This document shows positions 37,084 to 44,121 of a stretch of DNA of 44,121 nt, in pieces. Each line of letters begins with the position of its first letter. The first letter of the stretch is position 1. The position numbers and the translations under genes are program-made. The notes below the pieces were generated by a model. The model searched no databases. It was not told where the DNA came from and saw only the letters and a list, made by a program, of their open reading frames with translations. The stretch lies in sequence record SRR31156797_635. One strand, 5' to 3'.

Positions 37084-39903
37084 ATGAAGAAATTTTTGAC
37101 TCTACTCGTAATGAGTACAATTTTGTTCTCTGGACTTCGTTCACAGGCTCAAAACTCGACTACGATTCCTTTGAATCCAAATGTAAAGCATGGTATACTT
37201 TCTAATGGAATGACCTATTATATTCTTCACAATGAGGAACCCAAGGACAGAGCTAGTTTTTACTTTGTGCAAAATGTAGGAGCAATTTTAGAGGAGGATC
37301 CTCAAAACGGTTTGGCTCACTTTTTAGAGCACATGGCTTTTAATGGGCTGAAGAATTTTCCTGGCAAGAACATGATCAATTACCTGGAGAAGAATGGAAT
37401 TAAATTCGGACGAGATATTAATGCATATACGGCGCATGACGAAACGGTATACAATATTAGTAACATTCCAACAGAACGGGAAGGACTTGTAGATTCTGCA
37501 CTTCTTGTTCTTCACGATTGGTCGGGAGGCTTGTTATTGGAAGCAGAAGAAATTGAATCGGAACGCGGAGTGATTCACGAAGAGTGGAGAACGCGACGTA
37601 ACGTAAGAAAAAGATTGAGCGATCAATCAAACCCTTTTGTATACAATCACTCGAAATACGCAAAGCGTGATGTTATTGGTTCATTAGATGTAATTGACAA
37701 TTTTGAACATCAGCAATTGCGTGAATATTACAAGAAATGGTATCGTCCCGACTTGCAGGCCGTTGTTGTTGTTGGCGATATTGATGCTGCAAAGATTGAG
37801 CAAAAAGTAAAGACGCTTTTCTCAACAATCTTTATGCCTGAAAATGCTGCGGAAAGAGTATACTACACCATTGATGATACCCAAGAAGTAGGTCATGTTG
37901 TAGCTAAAGATAAAGAGGCACAATCAGTGTCGATTAACTGGATGTTTAGAAAACCTGTTGTTAACAGCAGAGATGAAAAGTATGTAAGAGAAGGATATGC
38001 TCAGGGCATGTTCAATACTATGCTGAACAATCGCTTAAGAGAATTGATTCGTAAGCCGGAGTGTGCTTCTGTTGGAATGCAGGTTGGCAATTATGAAATG
38101 GCACGTACAAAAGCTGCGAATTATATGTGGATTTCTCCGAAACAGGATAGAGAACTTGAAGCATTTACTCAATTCATGACAGAATTCGAAAGAGTTCGTC
38201 GATATGGTTTTACCCCATCAGAATTGGAGCGTGTTAAACTCCAGTTCTTAAGAAGTATTGAATCTTATTATCAGAATAAGGATAAAGTTTCTAACGAAGA
38301 GTGGGCAAAAAACTTCCAGAAGCATTATTTAAGTGCAGAACCAGCCTCTTCAATTGAGTGGGATGTTGAGTTTGCACAAAAAACAATTCCTAGCATTACT
38401 CTTGATGAAGTAAATGCTATTCGAATTGAATATTCCAATATTAATAACAGTGTATTTTCTCTATCAGGACCAGACAAGGAAGAGATCAACTACCCAACAA
38501 AAGAGGAATTGCTTGCTGTGGTTGAGAAGGTAAAGAATTCAAATGTGGAAGCTTATGAAGATGAAGCCGGAGATGCTCCATTGGTATCGGCAAAACTGAA
38601 TGAAAAGAAAATTCTTACTGAGTCATATGTTGAGGGGACCGATGCAAAGATTTACACACTCGAGAATGGAGCTAAAGTAGTAGTGCTTCCAACCGACTAT
38701 AGCAAGGATGAAATTTTAGTTAACGCCTACAGTTTTGGTGGGAATTCTTTGTTGGAAAGAGAAGATTTAGAATCGGCAGATATTGCAGCAACTTTAGCTC
38801 AAATGTCGGGTGTTGGAGAATTTAATGCCATACAATTGCAAAAGAAGTTAACCGGAAAACTAGTGAACCTTTCTCCTCAATTGGAAACTTTCACCGAAGG
38901 TTTCTCAGGCTCTGCCTCGCCTAAAGATTTAGAGACGCTATTGCAATTGGTATACCTTCGTTTTGAAAATCCTCGTTTCGACGAAGAAGCACTGAAAGCA
39001 GGAATTGGAAGATGGAAAAACAATTTGGTGAATGCCAAAGCGGATAACGGCAAAGCATTTAAGGATACCATCGGACAGTTAAATGCGAATCATCACGAAA
39101 GAGCATTGATGTTTAATGAAGATTTTCTGAACAATGTAAGCTTCGATAAAGCCAAACGAATCTACCTGGAAAGATTCCAGGATGCCAGTGATTTTACTTT
39201 CTTGTTTGTAGGGAATATCGATGAGAAGAAAGATCTGCCATTGATTAGCAGATACATTGGAAATATTACTTCATCGAACAGAAAGGAAAACTGGGTGAAT
39301 CACAACATTCGTCCTGCAAAAGGAGTTTCGAAAAGAGTGTTCGAAAGAAATATGCAAGTGCCTAAAACAACCGTTTACCTGGGGCTTAACAGTAAGCTGG
39401 ATTACAATCTGGAAAACAGAATGTATGTTCGCGTAATTGCAGATCTTTTGTCGAAGAGGTATATGGAAACCATTCGTGAAGAAGAAGGCGGTAGCTATGG
39501 TGTTGGTGTTCGTCCATCCAGTAGCAAGCGTCCCTATGAGCATACAAGTATATCGATCAGTTTTGATTGTAACCCTGAAAAGCAGGAGAGATTACGAGAG
39601 ATTGTTTTCGAAGAAATTGAGAAGCTGTCGAAGACTGCTTGTAATCAGGATGATTTGGACGAGGTCAAGAAAAATTACATTAAGAATCGTGCGGAAGCAG
39701 AAAAGAAAAATAGCTTTTGGATGAGTGTAATCAAATCATCTTTAATGAATAAGGAAGCGATTGTAAGTACTGAAAAATACAATGAAATTGTAAATGCTAT
39801 GGATGCAAAAAAGATTCAAAAGTTTGCGAAGAAATTATTTAAAAGTAATGATTCTGTAGAGGTGGTTATGAACCCTAAAGAGTCAAGTGTGAGTACCAAA
39901 TAG
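37084..39903 (+). CDS. Exported M16-family (inverzincin, PqqL-like) zinc peptidase
   Basis: Signal peptide, GLAHFLEHMAFNG (HxxEH), NAYT, ERGVIHEEWR, YYKKWYRPD and second-half TLENG and IREEEGGSY. Confidence 0.94.
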   Translation: MKKFLTLLVMSTILFSGLRSQAQNSTTIPLNPNVKHGILSNGMTYYILHNEEPKDRASFYFVQNVGAILEEDPQNGLAHFLEHMAFNGLKNFPGKNMINYLEKNGIKFGRDINAYTAHDETVYNISNIPTEREGLVDSALLVLHDWSGGLLLEAEEIESERGVIHEEWRTRRNVRKRLSDQSNPFVYNHSKYAKRDVIGSLDVIDNFEHQQLREYYKKWYRPDLQAVVVVGDIDAAKIEQKVKTLFSTIFMPENAAERVYYTIDDTQEVGHVVAKDKEAQSVSINWMFRKPVVNSRDEKYVREGYAQGMFNTMLNNRLRELIRKPECASVGMQVGNYEMARTKAANYMWISPKQDRELEAFTQFMTEFERVRRYGFTPSELERVKLQFLRSIESYYQNKDKVSNEEWAKNFQKHYLSAEPASSIEWDVEFAQKTIPSITLDEVNAIRIEYSNINNSVFSLSGPDKEEINYPTKEELLAVVEKVKNSNVEAYEDEAGDAPLVSAKLNEKKILTESYVEGTDAKIYTLENGAKVVVLPTDYSKDEILVNAYSFGGNSLLEREDLESADIAATLAQMSGVGEFNAIQLQKKLTGKLVNLSPQLETFTEGFSGSASPKDLETLLQLVYLRFENPRFDEEALKAGIGRWKNNLVNAKADNGKAFKDTIGQLNANHHERALMFNEDFLNNVSFDKAKRIYLERFQDASDFTFLFVGNIDEKKDLPLISRYIGNITSSNRKENWVNHNIRPAKGVSKRVFERNMQVPKTTVYLGLNSKLDYNLENRMYVRVIADLLSKRYMETIREEEGGSYGVGVRPSSSKRPYEHTSISISFDCNPEKQERLREIVFEEIEKLSKTACNQDDLDEVKKNYIKNRAEAEKKNSFWMSVIKSSLMNKEAIVSTEKYNEIVNAMDAKKIQKFAKKLFKSNDSVEVVMNPKESSVSTK

Positions 39904-39923
39904 TCTGTTTTGGTTTAGTTTTA

Positions 39924-39962
39924 AGATCGGCCGGAAGTAAGGAGCCGGCTGATCTGCTTTTT
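39924..39962 (+). terminator. Probable intrinsic terminator after the M16 peptidase
   Basis: AGATCGGCCGG-N10-CCGGCTGATCT-GC-TTTTT. Confidence 0.7.
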
Positions 39963-40317
39963 CATCTAACACAAATTAAGGAATTGATTATATTATGTTT
40001 CAATTATTCTTGAGGTCAAAGAATGCAAAAACATATAAATAAAAACACCACCAGTGTAAGAATCAATATGTCAGTATTTTAAGTGATCAGTTGAGCAGCC
40101 AAAATAACCACGTTATATTAATTTGAATTCAAATCTACTTTTAAATAAAAATAAATTTTCACTTGCTCGAGGCAGTAAGATAAAAGCGACTTACTTTGCA
40201 TTTTTAAATCGCAGATTTAGGGGAAAGAATCAACTCATAAGATTCGTTTCGACCTTAATTTGAGATTACAAAAAACAAAAACAACAACAATAACAAAAAC
40301 AGTTTTGAACCAAACCT

Positions 40318-41601
40318 ATGATGAAAGAAATTTTCTTGCAAAAGCTGAAGGAGGAATTTGTCCCGGCTCTTGGATGTACCGAGCCTGTTGCTGTAGCCTT
40401 TGCAGCGGCAAAAGCCAGAGAAATATTAGCACTTCAACCCGAAAGAGTAGAGTTTCATGTAAGTGGAAATATTTTTAAAAATGGAATGGGAGTAGGAATC
40501 CCAGGATCAGGAATGGTCGGATTAAGCATTGCTGGTGCCTTAGGAGCTCTGGGAGGAAACCCAAATGCTGGTCTCGAAGTATTGGATGGTATCAATAATG
40601 ATACTATGGAGTTGGCAAAAACCTTTGTAGATGAAGGAAATGTGAAGACCGATGTGAAATACGATGTTCCAAAATTGTATATAGAGTGTATCTGTTACAA
40701 TGGCGAAAATTCGGGTCGTGTAATCATACAGGATCGACATACCAACATTGTTTCCGAAGAGCGTAATGGTGAAGTTCTTTTTAATAAAGAAGCAGATTCA
40801 GAAAGTAAAAGTGGAACCGACTTTTCGCAATGGAGCTTTAGTAAAATCTACGAATTCGTAAATACACTGGATGTTTCAGACATTACTTTTATCGAGAAAG
40901 GAATTGCCTTAAACAAGTCCATTGCCGAAGAAGGCTTAAAAGGAAATTACGGACTTCAGGTTGGAAAATCAATGCTTTTAAATATCAAGAAAGGATTGCT
41001 TTCCAAAGATTTAATGAACCGTTCCATCATGATGACGGCAGCTGCTTCCGACGCCAGAATGGCTGGTAGTTCAATGCCTGTGATGTCGAATTGTGGAAGT
41101 GGAAATCAGGGAATTAGTGTTACGCTTCCGGTGGTTATAGCAGCAGAAGAATTAAAGGTGGAGCATGAAAAATTACTACGTGCTTTGGCTTTGGCATTGT
41201 TGATTACCATTTACATGAAATCTTTTGTGGGGCAGTTATCAGCTCTTTGTGGAGTACTGCTTTCAACGGCTGGAGCGGCTTGTGGTATTACCTATATTAT
41301 GGGAGGTACATTCCAGCAATTGGGAATGACCCTAAAGAACATGACGGGTAGTGTAACGGGTATGATTTGCGATGGCGCGAAGTACGGATGTTCACACAAG
41401 ATATCGGCAAGTGTAAGTGCTGCCATTCAATCTTCCTTACTGGCAATGAATCACAATTGTCTGAATGGGATGAATGGAATTATCGATGATGATGTAGAAG
41501 CTACAATTCGTAACATCGGACGTTTGGCAAACGAAGGAATGGAAGTTACCGATGAGGTAATTCTAAAAACAATGTTGGAAAAAATGAACAAAGTTTCATA
41601 A
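40318..41601 (+). CDS. cyuA: L-cysteine desulfidase (CyuA/YhaM, serine-dehydratase-alpha-like Fe-S enzyme)
   Basis: PALGCTEP, SGNIFKNGMGVGIPG, AAASDARMAG, GSGNQG, LSALCG and GMICDGAKYGC are family signatures. Confidence 0.85.
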   Translation: MMKEIFLQKLKEEFVPALGCTEPVAVAFAAAKAREILALQPERVEFHVSGNIFKNGMGVGIPGSGMVGLSIAGALGALGGNPNAGLEVLDGINNDTMELAKTFVDEGNVKTDVKYDVPKLYIECICYNGENSGRVIIQDRHTNIVSEERNGEVLFNKEADSESKSGTDFSQWSFSKIYEFVNTLDVSDITFIEKGIALNKSIAEEGLKGNYGLQVGKSMLLNIKKGLLSKDLMNRSIMMTAAASDARMAGSSMPVMSNCGSGNQGISVTLPVVIAAEELKVEHEKLLRALALALLITIYMKSFVGQLSALCGVLLSTAGAACGITYIMGGTFQQLGMTLKNMTGSVTGMICDGAKYGCSHKISASVSAAIQSSLLAMNHNCLNGMNGIIDDDVEATIRNIGRLANEGMEVTDEVILKTMLEKMNKVS

Positions 41602-41624
41602 TTGTAAGATTTAGAAGAAGAAAG

Positions 41625-42581
41625 ATGGAAGTTAAAGAGAATACAATAGAGAAAGTAAAGTGTTTGATCATTGGATCAGGACCAGCGGGTTATACTGCGG
41701 GTATTTATGCATCGCGTGCAAATTTAAATCCTGTAATTATTGAAGGATTGCAACCAGGCGGTCAGCTTACAACCACTACCGAAATTGATAATTTTCCTGG
41801 ATATCCGGAAGGAATTAGTGGTCCGGTAATGATGGGAGAGTTGAAGAAGCAAGCAGAACGTTTTGGCTGTGATTGTCGTTGGGGAATTGTTACAGAAGCG
41901 GATTTGGAGAAACGTCCATTCAAACTTAAGGTAGATGGCAAAACCGAAATTGAAGCTGAATCGGTAATCATAGCAACAGGTGCAACAGCTAAATATTTAG
42001 GACTGGAAAGTGAAGAGAAATACAAAGGTTCTGGTGTTTCTGCCTGTGCCACTTGCGATGGTTTCTTTTATCGAGGAAAAGATGTTGCAGTAGTTGGTGG
42101 TGGTGATACTGCCTGCGAAGAGGCATCTTATCTTGCCGGTCTTTGCAATAAGGTGTATCTGGTAGTTCGTAAGGATTACCTGAGAGCATCAAAAGCCATG
42201 CAGGATAGAGTGATGAATACACCTAATATTGAGGTGTTATTCGAGCACAATACGAAGGAATTGACAGGAGAAAATGGAGTAGAAGGCTGTACTTTGATTA
42301 AGAAGGCAGGAACTCCTTCGGAGGAAGAGGTTAAAATTGCTATTGATGGCTTTTTCCTTGCAATTGGACACCATCCAAATTCAGATATTTTCAAAAACAA
42401 TATTGATACAGATGATCAGGGATACATCAAGACTGTAGCAGGAACCCCTTTAACCAATGTAAAAGGAGTATTTGCCTGTGGCGATGTACAAGATCCAAAT
42501 TATCGTCAGGCAATTACTTCGGCAGCTTCTGGTTGTCAGGCAGCGATTGAGGCGGAAAGATATTTGGCTGAATTGAATTAA
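41625..42581 (+). CDS. trxB: Thioredoxin-disulfide reductase
   Basis: IIGSGPAGYTA, GGQLTTTTEIDNFPG, active site CATC, GGGDTA and GDVQDPNYRQAITSA; no signal peptide. Confidence 0.96.
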   Translation: MEVKENTIEKVKCLIIGSGPAGYTAGIYASRANLNPVIIEGLQPGGQLTTTTEIDNFPGYPEGISGPVMMGELKKQAERFGCDCRWGIVTEADLEKRPFKLKVDGKTEIEAESVIIATGATAKYLGLESEEKYKGSGVSACATCDGFFYRGKDVAVVGGGDTACEEASYLAGLCNKVYLVVRKDYLRASKAMQDRVMNTPNIEVLFEHNTKELTGENGVEGCTLIKKAGTPSEEEVKIAIDGFFLAIGHHPNSDIFKNNIDTDDQGYIKTVAGTPLTNVKGVFACGDVQDPNYRQAITSAASGCQAAIEAERYLAELN

Positions 42582-42652
42582 AGGCTGTAAATAAGCATAC
42601 ACACAGAACTTATATTGTCTTCCATACAAAATAAGGTGTAAGTTTCAGCAGG

Positions 42653-42709
42653 TAAGGCAGGCTCGTGGTTTCAGACATGTAACATTACAATTGAGCTTGC
42701 CTTATTTTT
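42653..42709 (+). terminator. Possible terminator or attenuator between trxB and the cysteine-synthase-like gene
   Basis: TAAGGCAGGCTC-N28-GAGCTTGCCTTA-TTTTT. The loop is unusually large. Confidence 0.5.
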
Positions 42710-42819
42710 AGAATTATTAAAGAGAATAGTGTCTGATACTCTCAAATAATACTTTAACCATACTAAATACAGAATTTGTAAAATACACAACGAGTACAAC
42801 AACAACTAAACCTAATAAA

Positions 42820-43935
42820 ATGATGATGAATACGCTAACCAAAAGAATTACCGGGATCTCTAGCCTGATTGGCAATACGCCTCTTCTGGGTATTGATTTC
42901 GAATACAAAGGCAGCAAGCGCACGATATATGCGAAGGCGGAATATTTGAACATGACCGGAAGCATTAAGGATAGAATGGCATTTCATATCCTGCAAAAAG
43001 CATATAAAAGCGGTGTTTTGAAAGAAGGAGATCGAATTATCGAAGCAACCAGCGGTAATACAGGAATTGCCTTCTCGGGAATCGGACGGGCAATGGGACA
43101 TCCCGTTACCATTTACATGCCCAATTGGATGAGCCAGGAACGTATCAACCTAATGCGTAGCTATGGCGCAGATATTAAATTGGTAAGCAAGGAAGAAGGA
43201 GGATTTTTGGGAAGTATCGATATGGCCAACCAACTGGCAGAATCAGATCCCAATACATTTTTACCTCTGCAATTCTCGAACGGTGACAACTGCGAGGCAC
43301 ATTACAATACTACCGCACCCGAATTGTGGTGGCAGTTAAAATATCGCAACCTGATTCCTGATGCTTTTGTGGCAGGTGTGGGAACAGGAGGAACGGTAAT
43401 GGGTGTGGGTAAATATCTGAAAGAGCAAAATCCTAAGATTAAGATTCATCCTTTAGAACCTTCCAATTCACCAACCATGTCTACCGGCCATAAGGTAGGA
43501 AAGCATAGAATTCAGGGAATATCCGATGAGTTTATTCCATCTATTGTTGAGCTGGACAAGCTGGATGATATTATAAGTGTAGATGATGGTGATGCAATTG
43601 TTATGGCACAGAAATTATCCTCAGTCTTAGGTCTTGGTGTAGGCATATCATCGGGAGCTAACTTTTTGGGCGCTCTTAAAGTTCAGGAAGAATTGGGTGC
43701 CGATGCTGTGGTGGTTACTGTATTTGCCGACGACAACAAAAAATATTTAAGTACCGATTTGATGAAGGAAGAACCATTGAAGGAAGACTTTATGGCCCCT
43801 GAAGTGAAACTCACAAAATTCCGTGCCTTAAAACGAGTATGCCACACCTGTTGTGATCCTACCGACTGTGTGGAAGGGAATTATCACGATGCCTACGAAA
43901 TGGTGAAACTTCCTTATTGCCCACGCAGGAATTAA
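42820..43935 (+). CDS. PLP-dependent cysteine synthase family protein (CysK/CysM-like) with Cys-rich C-terminal extension
   Basis: [16 protein letters not shown] (PLP lysine), [28 protein letters not shown] and KYLST, then the tail [10 protein letters not shown]...YCPRRN. Confidence 0.9.
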   Translation: MMMNTLTKRITGISSLIGNTPLLGIDFEYKGSKRTIYAKAEYLNMTGSIKDRMAFHILQKAYKSGVLKEGDRIIEATSGNTGIAFSGIGRAMGHPVTIYMPNWMSQERINLMRSYGADIKLVSKEEGGFLGSIDMANQLAESDPNTFLPLQFSNGDNCEAHYNTTAPELWWQLKYRNLIPDAFVAGVGTGGTVMGVGKYLKEQNPKIKIHPLEPSNSPTMSTGHKVGKHRIQGISDEFIPSIVELDKLDDIISVDDGDAIVMAQKLSSVLGLGVGISSGANFLGALKVQEELGADAVVVTVFADDNKKYLSTDLMKEEPLKEDFMAPEVKLTKFRALKRVCHTCCDPTDCVEGNYHDAYEMVKLPYCPRRN

Positions 43936-43966
43936 TAAACATTTATACCCATATACTTATCGATTT

Positions 43967-44000
43967 CACCCTATCTCTAATTGGATAGGGTGTTTTATTT
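43967..44000 (+). terminator. Intrinsic terminator after the cysteine-synthase-like gene
   Basis: CACCCTATCT-N6-GGATAGGGTG-TTTTATTT. Confidence 0.8.
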
Positions 44001-44121
44001 ATATCGAGCGCCGTCAATCGGGCGCGATTCGGGGAATAAAAATTGATTTGGAAATGCGAGTAGTATCTGATTGACTTGATTTTTTTTGCTTCGTTTTTTG
44101 GATTAAGCCAAAAAATGAAGT

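Noticed and set aside
40269-40300. CAA/AAC-rich low-complexity tract before cyuA (similar tract at about 42781-42819)
   Set aside because: Consistent with the ordinary A-rich unstructured translation-initiation regions of Bacteroidota. It is not a regular tandem repeat or CRISPR.
672-43101. Numerous 60-130 aa ORFs antisense to or overlapping the long genes (e.g. 14757-15140, 19378-19719, 35438-35827, 40260-40478, 42717-42965)
   Set aside because: They are shadows of well-supported genes, with no recognisable motifs or independent expression signals.
29284-43935. Selenocysteine (in-frame TGA) in the redox genes
   Set aside because: All active sites use Cys codons, the ORFs are full length and they end in TAA or TAG.
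44003-44030. GC-rich imperfect hairpin near the window end
   Set aside because: No tRNA cloverleaf or IS terminal repeat is recognisable, and the context is cut off by the window edge.

Overview
Bacterial DNA with Bacteroidota features: SusC/SusD genes, TAnnTTTG promoter boxes and A-rich translation starts without Shine-Dalgarno sites. A marine Marinifilaceae-like anaerobe is my guess only. Nearly all genes are on the + strand. Bases 1-17.3 kb are mostly ordinary: the end of an exopolysaccharide locus (WecB/TagA glycosyltransferase, initiating sugar transferase, Wza, Wzc), a HAD hydrolase, a DEAD-box helicase, an orphan Type III Mod-like methyltransferase, tdh, glpABC, a POT/MFS transporter and a PaaE-like flavin-[2Fe-2S] reductase. 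Bases 17.4-43.9 kb are the notable part: a locus built like a polysaccharide utilisation locus (ECF sigma, FecR anti-sigma, two related SusC, a surface beta-propeller lipoprotein, SusD) with no recognisable CAZyme. Instead it carries three exported WCGPC thioredoxin-fold proteins, an exported SRPBCC protein, a free duplicate of the DsbD N-domain, full DsbD, an M16 peptidase, cysteine desulfidase, TrxB and a cysteine-synthase-family enzyme with a Cys-rich tail. I infer a system for importing, reducing and degrading disulfide-bonded peptides or proteins and catabolising the cysteine. Recurrent non-coding motifs mark this locus. I saw no rRNA, tRNA, CRISPR array or mobile element. All family calls come from motif recognition, not database searches.
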